DNA of 31,961 nucleotides from a virus (Duplodnaviria > Caudoviricetes). The stretch spans positions 1 to 31,961 of the IMG/VR virus record IMGVR_UViG_3300037991_000533; one strand, written 5' to 3'. The notes beneath the pieces were generated by a model that was given only the letters and a program-made list of their open reading frames with translations, had not been told where the DNA came from and did no database searches. Position 1 is the stretch's first letter; the number at the start of each line of letters is the position of its first letter. Of the stretch, positions 1 through 7,852 are shown one piece after another. The position numbers and the translations under genes are program-made.

Positions 1-1
1 A

Positions 2-70
2 GCAAGAGAGAGATACTCTTTTGGTGTTTCTGATTGGAGAGGATTCTTTGGTTCTGCAGGTGGCAGCTAG
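2..70 (+). CDS. Major capsid protein, C-terminal fragment (5' truncated by window)
   Basis: Frame from nt 2 reads ARERYSFGVSDWRGFFGSAGGS*, a C-terminus I recognise from marine phage capsid proteins (ARERYSFG.SD.RG); followed by a terminator and head/neck genes. Confidence 0.8.
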   Translation, partial: ARERYSFGVSDWRGFFGSAGGS

Positions 71-80
71 AATCTAACAT

Positions 81-108
81 ATAAGGGGTCTCTTAGGGGA
101 CCCTTTAT
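81..108 (+). terminator. Probable intrinsic terminator after the capsid gene
   Basis: ATAAGGGGTCTC-TTAG-GGGACCCTTTAT stem-loop (two G-U pairs) followed by an interrupted T-rich tract. Confidence 0.7.
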
Positions 109-131
109 ACTTTATATAGAAGGAATTATAA

Positions 132-413
132 ATGACAAACTTAACAGCAATAGAATATTCAGCAATTACTACAGCAGCAGCAACGTCTACTGTTCGTTCT
201 TTTGGTACAAGAATAAGAGGTTTTAATGTTGCTAATATTAAAGATGTAGTAGGTGCTTTTGAAATTAAAAATGGTACTACTTCAAGAGTTAGAATTGTAT
301 TACCTGCAAATGGTACACTTGATACTTATTTAGCAGATGAAGGTATTAGATGTGAAGATGATGTTACAGTAAGTGTAACTCCAAGTGTCTATGCTACAAT
401 TTATATTGGATAG
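132..413 (+). CDS. Hypothetical virion protein (possible head decoration protein)
   Basis: 93 aa, AAGGA RBS, beta-rich composition, directly after capsid gene. Confidence 0.5.
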   Translation: MTNLTAIEYSAITTAAATSTVRSFGTRIRGFNVANIKDVVGAFEIKNGTTSRVRIVLPANGTLDTYLADEGIRCEDDVTVSVTPSVYATIYIG

Positions 414-418
414 ATGGA

Positions 419-724
419 ATGGCTAGAAAAGCTAAAAAGAAATCTAAAGGAATGGGAATTAAGACTAGTGTAAAGTCAGGTAATTTTTTACCCACTAGCA
501 AAGGTGCAGGTATGACAAAGAAGGGTGTTGCTGCTTATCGTAGAGCAAACCCAGGTTCTAAATTAAAGACTGCAGTAACTGAATCAAGACCTACAGGGAA
601 AAGAGCAAAGAGAAGAAAATCATTTTGTGCACGTTCAGCAGGACAAGCTAAGATGCATAACATAAGCTGTAAGAAAACTCCAAAGAAAAGAATTTGTGCA
701 GCAAGAAGAAGATGGAAATGTTAG
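419..724 (+). CDS. Small basic phage protein (RRKSFCAR family, DUF6321-like)
   Basis: Motifs GAGMTKKGVAAYRRANPGSKLKTAVT, RRKSFCARS and RRRWKC; very Lys/Arg-rich. Confidence 0.65.
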   Translation: MARKAKKKSKGMGIKTSVKSGNFLPTSKGAGMTKKGVAAYRRANPGSKLKTAVTESRPTGKRAKRRKSFCARSAGQAKMHNISCKKTPKKRICAARRRWKC

Positions 725-1381
725 ATGGCAAATTATACAACATTAACAACAGAGATAGTAAATACAACTGAGAATGATGCTCAAGAGTTCTTAGACCAAA
801 TACCTAACATTGTTAATAGAGCAGAAGAAAGATTAACAGATGAATTAGATGATTATGGTTTAGTAACTTATACATCAGTTGCAGTATCACAAGGTAATAA
901 TATTGTTACCTTACCAACTGGTACAAGAATAGTAAAGAATTTTAATGTAGATATTAATGGAGCAAAGACAAGTATACTAGTAAAAACTGATGAATATTTA
1001 AGAGATTACTGGAATGTGTCAGCTTCAACAGGTGAACCAAAGTATTATGCCCATAAAGATAATACAACAATAATGATTGCACCTACACCTTCATCAACAA
1101 GTAATGGTGAAGTCGTACATGTAACGAGACCAACAACATTATCGTCAGCTTCACCTGCTAATTATTTTACACAGTTTTGTTATGACGCATTGTTTAATGC
1201 CTGTATGGTAGAATCGTACATCTTTATGAAGAACTTTCAGATTGTTCCTTTATTTGAACAACGATACCAAACTTCAATACAGACTGTAAGAAACAGAGCC
1301 AGAAGATTTAGACGTGACGATATGACAAGACCTGCAAGTCCTGCAGGAGCAGATAACACAGTAGTAGATGGGAGTAATTAA
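725..1381 (+). CDS. Head-tail adaptor / neck protein
   Basis: 218 aa; MANYTTL start, AEERL, TGEPKYYA, IAPTP motifs typical of phage adaptor proteins; position in head module. Confidence 0.65.
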   Translation: MANYTTLTTEIVNTTENDAQEFLDQIPNIVNRAEERLTDELDDYGLVTYTSVAVSQGNNIVTLPTGTRIVKNFNVDINGAKTSILVKTDEYLRDYWNVSASTGEPKYYAHKDNTTIMIAPTPSSTSNGEVVHVTRPTTLSSASPANYFTQFCYDALFNACMVESYIFMKNFQIVPLFEQRYQTSIQTVRNRARRFRRDDMTRPASPAGADNTVVDGSN

Positions 1382-1779
1382 TGGTCATCAGTAGAAGTTC
1401 AATACCACAACAAATAATGAAACCTGGTGTAAAGAAAATGAAACAAGGAAGAAAGACTAGACGTAATACAACTCCTGCTACAAAAGATATTAAAAAATCT
1501 TTATCTAAATCAAAACAAAAATTAAAAAATACCTTTACAAAAAAAACATTAGGTAAAAAAGGATTAACAGAAGAAAATATAAAGGAAGCTGTACGTACAG
1601 CATCTTATTTAATTCCTAAATATCCTTATGGTTTAGAGACACTTTTTATGCCTACAAAATTAGGAGCAGCAGATTTATTTAGTAATCAAGAATTAAAAGA
1701 AATGAAACGTAAAGAAAAAGAAAACGAAAAATCTATAAAAAAATATATGGGTGGTTCATTAAATACAAGGAGAAAATAA
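1381..1779 (+). CDS. Lys-rich hypothetical protein
   Basis: 132 aa, TAATG-coupled to both neighbours; ends KKYMGGSLNTRRK. Confidence 0.55.
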   Translation: MVISRSSIPQQIMKPGVKKMKQGRKTRRNTTPATKDIKKSLSKSKQKLKNTFTKKTLGKKGLTEENIKEAVRTASYLIPKYPYGLETLFMPTKLGAADLFSNQELKEMKRKEKENEKSIKKYMGGSLNTRRK

Positions 1780-2294
1780 TGGTAAAAGAAGTAATTAAAA
1801 AAACAGTTGGAAAAAAATTTACAGAATTAACTCCAGAGCAAAGAAAAAAAATAGTTAATCAAGTTAGAAAAATTCCTGAGTTTACAAAGAAAACTAAAGG
1901 TGAAATAAGAAAAATACTTAATAAAGTTTTTACCAAAATACCTACAAGAAGATATAAAAAGAAAGAAAGAAAACCACTCTTTGACCCTTCAGATAGAATC
2001 TTAGCTAAAGATGGTGACGTTACTATGGTAAATAGACCTTCAAAACTTAAACCTGACTTAGAGGCAATGAAGGGAACAGGAAGTGGTCAAAAAATAATTA
2101 GACCTGAAGATATAAAAGAAAGCACTAAAACAGGTAAGCTAGTAGAAAAACTAGAAACAGGTTCCATAGAAAAACCTAAACGTGGTGACACACCTATAAT
2201 GGACCAAGGAAGAAATCTTCCAAGTGGTGTTTCATTTAATAAAGGTGGAAGAGTTCGTAGCTATCGTGGTTATGGAAAAGCAAGGAAAGGGTAA
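1779..2294 (+). CDS. Lys-rich hypothetical protein
   Basis: 171 aa, AGGAG RBS; ends FNKGGRVRSYRGYGKARKG. Confidence 0.6.
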   Translation: MVKEVIKKTVGKKFTELTPEQRKKIVNQVRKIPEFTKKTKGEIRKILNKVFTKIPTRRYKKKERKPLFDPSDRILAKDGDVTMVNRPSKLKPDLEAMKGTGSGQKIIRPEDIKESTKTGKLVEKLETGSIEKPKRGDTPIMDQGRNLPSGVSFNKGGRVRSYRGYGKARKG

Positions 2295-2299
2295 TTAAA

Positions 2300-3295
2300 A
2301 TGGTTACAAAAACAATATTAAAAAAAGCATCTGAATTAGCTTTAAAAAGAAAAAAGAAAAAAGACATTCTTGAAAAAGAATCTATAGCTACAGCTAAAAA
2401 GAAAAAAGAAGGTATTAAAGAATTAAAGAAACAACCTTCTCCTAAAGGTTTATCTTCTTCTCCTGCAAGAGAAACTGCTGCAGCTCAAGAAGCATTAGGT
2501 AAAAAGAGTGTTACTTCTCAAGCTCAAAAAGGTTATAGAGGAGAAATAAAAAATATAGCAGTTGAAAGTAAAACTCCTAAAGCAGGAGTTAGTTCTGCAG
2601 GTAAAAAGAAAATAGATAATCAAGTAGGAAAATTAAAAAAACAGATTAAAAATGCTCAAAGAAATCCTAGATTAAGAAGAGCATTAGCTATGGATAAGAG
2701 ATATGGCACTGTAGCTAAATTGCAATCTAAATTAAAAAAACTACAAAAAATTCAAAAAAAATTTACAGGACCTAAAGATGTAAAAACATTTAAAGGAAAA
2801 GAATTAGATAAAAAATTAAAAGAATTAGGTATACCTAAAGTATCTAAAGTTCCTCCTAAACCACAAAAAGGTCCTACAAGACCAATCAATCCTGAAGAGA
2901 GAAGTGGTAGAGATTATAGAATTGACGTTAATAGAAAACGTGAGCCTGAATTTTTTAAAGGTAAAGACCCTTATGACCCTAAACAAACTTCAGGTCCTAC
3001 AAATATAGAATATGCTAAAAAGAAAAAACTTAAAACTGGTCGTAGAATTGGTTCAATTAAAAAACCTAAAGAAACTAAAAAATTAAAAGTTGACCAAAAA
3101 CCAAAAAAAAGAATGCAACCAATTGACCCTAGAGATTTAGCTAAAAATTTAATAGAAGCTGGTGAAATACCAAAAAGACCAGGAATAAAACGAGGTAATG
3201 TTATTGAAAGTTTACCTACACCTAGAAGAGGAAATGGTAAACTAAGAGGTATGGGTAAAGCACTACGTGGTGGTGGTAAAGTAATGAGAGGTTAA
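2300..3295 (+). CDS. Lys-rich low-complexity protein (possible internal DNA-binding protein)
   Basis: 331 aa, very basic; ends RGMGKALRGGGKVMRG, similar to the C-terminus of the previous ORF. Confidence 0.6.
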   Translation: MVTKTILKKASELALKRKKKKDILEKESIATAKKKKEGIKELKKQPSPKGLSSSPARETAAAQEALGKKSVTSQAQKGYRGEIKNIAVESKTPKAGVSSAGKKKIDNQVGKLKKQIKNAQRNPRLRRALAMDKRYGTVAKLQSKLKKLQKIQKKFTGPKDVKTFKGKELDKKLKELGIPKVSKVPPKPQKGPTRPINPEERSGRDYRIDVNRKREPEFFKGKDPYDPKQTSGPTNIEYAKKKKLKTGRRIGSIKKPKETKKLKVDQKPKKRMQPIDPRDLAKNLIEAGEIPKRPGIKRGNVIESLPTPRRGNGKLRGMGKALRGGGKVMRG

Positions 3296-3299
3296 ATAG

Positions 3300-3983
3300 A
3301 TGGCAACTAATAATACGTCAGGCACTTATGACTTTAACTTAGAAATAGGTGACGTTATACAGGAAGCTACTGAAATGATTGGTGGTGAAGTAACTCTTGG
3401 TGAAGAACCTAGAAGTGCTAGACGTTCAATTAATCTTATTTTAAATGACTGGCAAAATAGAGGTGTTTGTTTATGGACAACAAATACAACTATTGTGAGT
3501 ATTGCTGCAAGTACATCACAAGTAAGTTTAGGTAGTCATGTAAGTGACGTAATGCAAGTTGTTGTCAATAGAGATAATACAGATTTAGAAATGACTCGTA
3601 TATCGTTTGAAGAATATTTAAAAGTTCCTAATAAAGGACAAACAGGTAGACCTTCACAATATGCAGTTAAAAGATTTGGTGATAATGTACAATTACATCT
3701 ATGGTCATTATCAGATGTTAATACTGATAAATTAAAAATTGAAAAGATTGATTATATGCAGGACGTAAATAAATCTGCAATACAAAATGCAGATATGCCT
3801 AGAAGATTTTTACCTGCACTAACAACTGGTCTAGCATATTATATGTCATTAAAAAGACCAGGAATAACTGAAGCAAGAGCAAAATTTTTAAAAGCTGAGT
3901 ACGAAGAAAGACTTGGTTTTGCAATGACTGAAGATAAAGAACGTGCATCACTTTACATTACACCTAAGATGGGTGTAATATAA
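3300..3983 (+). CDS. Head-tail adaptor / tail accessory protein
   Basis: SGTYDFNLEIGDVIQEA, RSARRSINL...W.NRG..LWT, NKGQTGRPSQY, PRRFLPALTTGLAYY motifs conserved in this class of podovirus adaptors. Confidence 0.7.
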   Translation: MATNNTSGTYDFNLEIGDVIQEATEMIGGEVTLGEEPRSARRSINLILNDWQNRGVCLWTTNTTIVSIAASTSQVSLGSHVSDVMQVVVNRDNTDLEMTRISFEEYLKVPNKGQTGRPSQYAVKRFGDNVQLHLWSLSDVNTDKLKIEKIDYMQDVNKSAIQNADMPRRFLPALTTGLAYYMSLKRPGITEARAKFLKAEYEERLGFAMTEDKERASLYITPKMGVI

Positions 3984-4273
3984 TGGCAGTAGGTAAAAGA
4001 GCAAAAGCAGTATGTGACGTATGTGGATTTGTTTATCCTCATAATGTTATGAAGTTAAACTCTTATGGCTTATTAGTTTGCCCTACTGATTTTGATGGTG
4101 CTTATGATGAAAAGAATCATCCACAAAATAGAGCACCAGATGTAAAAGATGACGAGACGATTAGAAACCCAAGACCTACACAAAGCGAAGCTTTTACAAC
4201 TTGGGAAAATCAAAATACTAACTGGGAAGCAACTACCCAAGATTGGAACATAGTGAGTAATTTAGATGCCTGA
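3983..4273 (+). CDS. Conserved small virion-module protein with Cys motif
   Basis: AVCDVCGF...GLLVCP..HPQ..PRP; Trp-periodic tail WENQNTNWEATTQDW. Confidence 0.6.
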   Translation: MAVGKRAKAVCDVCGFVYPHNVMKLNSYGLLVCPTDFDGAYDEKNHPQNRAPDVKDDETIRNPRPTQSEAFTTWENQNTNWEATTQDWNIVSNLDA

Positions 4274-6098
4274 TTTAACTGGACAAGAAATATCAAATAC
4301 ATATAAACGATTAATGCAAGTAAAGACTTCAGCTAATGAAGGAATTACTTCAACTCTAAGGACTATTCAGTCAGGTGACAATGCAGACTCACCTTTACAA
4401 CTCAACAACTCTACATTAAATGTTAATGGTACTTTTGCAATAGGTGGTGTAAATCTAACTGCAACTGTTTCATCTTTAAATGCAACTGCAGATATATCAG
4501 GTGGTGAAGGTTATGTAGTTGTATCAGGAACTAATATTTATAAAAGAAGTTTTTCTGCAGGTAATGGTATTACTATTACTAGTAATGATGGTGTTGCAAG
4601 TAATACAGGTATTGCCTTAACAAGTACAATAAGTAATATTCAAAGTTTTGGTGCTTCAACAGTTTCAGCAACTTCATTAAATGTTGCAGGAACTATGACA
4701 GTTTCCTCAATGAGTGTTACTGATTTTAATGCAGCTACTGTAAGTGCTACTTTATTAAAAGGTAATAATGCAACAATTGTAAGTACAGTATCAGCAGGAT
4801 TTTTTGTAGGTGATGGTTCAGGTTTAACAAATGTTCCTTCTGCTGAAGGTGGTACAGTAAATGCAGTAAAAGCAGGAACAGGTCTTAATGCAACTGTTAA
4901 TGGTGTTACATCAACAACTGTAAATACAAGTGGTACATTAAATGTAGATGCTGACCAATCATTTGGTACAGTTTCAGTTTCAACAGGTTTAGTTGTTCCA
5001 CAAGGAGCAATAACTTTTTCAGTTCCAATAAGTGGAACTTCAGCAGTCTTTACAGGTGATGTATCAGCAGCTAATGTTTATGCAGGAACAAATGTATTTG
5101 TAGGTGGCACAGCAGTACCAACAGCAGCAAATGTAGCTGCAGTATCAGCACTTACTTCAGTTAACAAAGCTGATATAGCTACAAATGTGGCAGCGATAAC
5201 TTCAGCAAACACAGTTATAGCTGCAGTATCTGCATTATCATCTGTAAATAAAGCAGCTATTACATCTATAAATAGTATTATAGGTGATGGTGGTAATTAT
5301 GCTACAAGTGCTGAACTCGCTACAGTATCTGCAGCATTAGCTACAAGTATAGGAAATAGTAATACAAATATAGCTGCAGTATCAGTTTTAACTTCAGTAA
5401 ATAAAGCTGACATTGCAACAAACGTAGCAGCTATTACTTCAGCAAATACAGTAATAGGTGCAGTCTCTGTACTTACAAAAACAAACTTAGATGCCATTAC
5501 TTCAATTAATACAGTTGTAGCAAATGTTTCATCAACTCTTGCAACTTCTATAGGAAATTCAAATACTAATATTGCTGCAGTTTCAGTCTTAGCTTCAGTA
5601 AATCTTGCAAGAATAGTTGCAACTTCAGCAGCTTTAGCAACAAGTATAGGTAATCATTTACCATTAGCAGGTGGAACAATAACAGGTACAGTATCTGCTC
5701 AATCAGTTTATGTAAGTGCATTAGGTGCAAATACTTCAGCAACCCTTGGTAAAAGAATTAGAGTAGATGGAGCTGCAATAGCTGACATTGTAAGTTTAAC
5801 TGATGGTGCAAATATATCAGTAGACTTTAATGCAGGTCAAAACTTTGCAGTACAATTAGCAGGTAATAGAACATTAGATAATCCTACAAATTGTGTTCCT
5901 GGACAAACAGGAAGTATATTTGTAATACAAGATGGAACAGGTAGTAGAACTTTATCATTTGGAACTAACTATAAGTTTCCTGGAGGGACTGCTCCAACAT
6001 TATCAACAGGTGCTTCAGCATGTGACAGAATTGACTATATTACATTTACGTCAACAAACCTACATGCAGTAGCCACATTGAATGTAAGTACAGCTTAA
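4266..6098 (+). CDS. Tail fibre protein with coiled-coil shaft
   Basis: 610 aa rich in S/T/A/V/G/N; FVGDGSGLTNV and LPLAGGTITG fibre motifs; C-terminal QDGTGSRTLSF...FPGGTAPTLST domain. Confidence 0.8.
   Translation: MPDLTGQEISNTYKRLMQVKTSANEGITSTLRTIQSGDNADSPLQLNNSTLNVNGTFAIGGVNLTATVSSLNATADISGGEGYVVVSGTNIYKRSFSAGNGITITSNDGVASNTGIALTSTISNIQSFGASTVSATSLNVAGTMTVSSMSVTDFNAATVSATLLKGNNATIVSTVSAGFFVGDGSGLTNVPSAEGGTVNAVKAGTGLNATVNGVTSTTVNTSGTLNVDADQSFGTVSVSTGLVVPQGAITFSVPISGTSAVFTGDVSAANVYAGTNVFVGGTAVPTAANVAAVSALTSVNKADIATNVAAITSANTVIAAVSALSSVNKAAITSINSIIGDGGNYATSAELATVSAALATSIGNSNTNIAAVSVLTSVNKADIATNVAAITSANTVIGAVSVLTKTNLDAITSINTVVANVSSTLATSIGNSNTNIAAVSVLASVNLARIVATSAALATSIGNHLPLAGGTITGTVSAQSVYVSALGANTSATLGKRIRVDGAAIADIVSLTDGANISVDFNAGQNFAVQLAGNRTLDNPTNCVPGQTGSIFVIQDGTGSRTLSFGTNYKFPGGTAPTLSTGASACDRIDYITFTSTNLHAVATLNVSTA
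5129..5655 (+). repeat. Internal coding repeats in the fibre shaft
   Basis: AAVS(A/V)LTSVNKADIATNVAAITSANTVI occurs twice and LATSIGN three times; DNA copies differ mostly at third codon positions. Confidence 0.85.
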
Positions 6099-6394
6099 TG
6101 ATAGCAAGAATACCTAGAAAAAAAGGTCAACCTGCTAAGAGTAAAAAACATTCAGACTTATATACTGATGAAGACCCAAAGGGTACAATACATGGTTTAA
6201 AGTTTGCAACAGTAGCAGATGCTCAAAGGTCAGTGAGAAAAATAAAAAACTCTACTCGTAAACATAATCATAAAACACAAGCAGCAATTGCAATGGAACA
6301 AAGAGCAAAGGCTGCAGGTAAAAATAAAGCAGCATTAGTTTATAGAAGATTTATTGAACAACAAAAAAGAAAAACTAAAAATAGGAAGGCTTAA
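6098..6394 (+). CDS. Small basic conserved phage protein
   Basis: 98 aa; HSDLYTDEDPKGTIHGLKF and AMEQRAK motifs; TAATG-coupled on both sides. Confidence 0.6.
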   Translation: MIARIPRKKGQPAKSKKHSDLYTDEDPKGTIHGLKFATVADAQRSVRKIKNSTRKHNHKTQAAIAMEQRAKAAGKNKAALVYRRFIEQQKRKTKNRKA

Positions 6395-7851
6395 TGGCAA
6401 TATTTCAAAACAATTTATTAGCAGGAGCAGGAGCACAGTCTAGTTCTAGTGTACACAGGATAAACCAGTCAATTAGATTTAATGAAGCTGATACTCCTTA
6501 TATGGCACGAACTTTTGGCACACCAACTAATGCAAAAAAATGGACTTTATCTGCTTGGGTGAAACAGCATGGTAAAACAGATGGTGCTAGTAATGGTTCT
6601 AGATTACTTGAAGCTGGAGGTAGTTCTGGTAATGAAGACCTTATATCAATTGGTTCTGGATATTCTGGTTACTCAAAACTTTATTTTTGGAGTAGAACTT
6701 CTTCATCCTATATTTGGCGATTAGAAAGTGAAGCAGAGTATCGTGACCCAAGTGCTTGGACGCATGTTGTATGTGTCTTTGATAGTGATAATACAGTATC
6801 ATCAGAAAGAATAAAAGCATATATAAATGGTACAAGATTAACAACTTTTTCTAATTATACAGCTCCAAGTAGTGGAGCTGCATCAAGAATTAATACAGCA
6901 GTTGCCCATAGAATAGGTGCCTCAGTTTATGCAGGTAATAATGCTGAAGGCTATCTTGCAGAAACTGCACTCATAGATGGACAAGCATTAGACCCTAGTT
7001 ATTTTGGAGAATTTAAAGAAGATGTTGGAATTTGGATTCCTAAAGATATAAGTGGTCTGACATTTGGAAATAATGGTTATTATATTGATGGTAGGGATGC
7101 TTCAGATTTAGGAGATGATGAATCAGGAAATGGTAATGATTTCAGTACAAGTGGACTTGGAGCACATGACCAAGTTCTTGACTCGCCCACAAATAATTTC
7201 TGTACAGCAAATCCATTAGATAATTATTATTTTGCAGGAACATTTAAGGATGGTAATCTAGATGTAACTACAAATGGAACAACTGGTAATTATACTTTTC
7301 ATACTTCTACGCAAAAAATACCTACAAGTGGTAAATGGTATGTAGAGGTAAGAGCTTATGAAGTTGGTGCTGGTTGTGGTATTGGTATTTCGCAAGAACC
7401 AACGACAGGTATTGATGTTTATTTGGGAGAATTAAGCACAACTTGGTCATATTATAATAATGGTAATGTATATAACAATGATTCTCAACCAATAGCAAAT
7501 TATGGTGATGCTTATACAGCAGGGAATGTTATTGGTATAGCTGTTGATATGGATAATAATAAATTATATTTTTCTAGAGAAGGAACTTTTCAAAATAGTG
7601 GCGACCCAACAAGTGGTGCTACTGGTACAGGTGCGATAAGTATTACTGGAGGGGTAGATTATTTTTTAGGTGCAAGTGATGATACTGGAGGTGCTACAAC
7701 TTCACGATTTATGTGGAACTTTGGACAAGATGGAACTTTTTGTAATGGACGAACAGCACAAGGTAACACAGATGCAAATGGATTTGGTAATTTTTATTAT
7801 AGTGTACCAAGTGGATATAAAGCTTTGTGCACAAGGAACTTAGGGAGTTAA
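6394..7851 (+). CDS. LamG/ConA-like plus SPRY-like lectin domain protein (candidate receptor-binding protein)
   Basis: SIRFN, KWTLSAWVK, RDPSAWTHVV, GYLAE..IDGQAL, DSPTNNF, SGKWYVE, GNVIGIAVD, NFGQ, VPSGYKALC. Confidence 0.8.
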   Translation: MAIFQNNLLAGAGAQSSSSVHRINQSIRFNEADTPYMARTFGTPTNAKKWTLSAWVKQHGKTDGASNGSRLLEAGGSSGNEDLISIGSGYSGYSKLYFWSRTSSSYIWRLESEAEYRDPSAWTHVVCVFDSDNTVSSERIKAYINGTRLTTFSNYTAPSSGAASRINTAVAHRIGASVYAGNNAEGYLAETALIDGQALDPSYFGEFKEDVGIWIPKDISGLTFGNNGYYIDGRDASDLGDDESGNGNDFSTSGLGAHDQVLDSPTNNFCTANPLDNYYFAGTFKDGNLDVTTNGTTGNYTFHTSTQKIPTSGKWYVEVRAYEVGAGCGIGISQEPTTGIDVYLGELSTTWSYYNNGNVYNNDSQPIANYGDAYTAGNVIGIAVDMDNNKLYFSREGTFQNSGDPTSGATGTGAISITGGVDYFLGASDDTGGATTSRFMWNFGQDGTFCNGRTAQGNTDANGFGNFYYSVPSGYKALCTRNLGS

Positions 7852-7852
7852 T

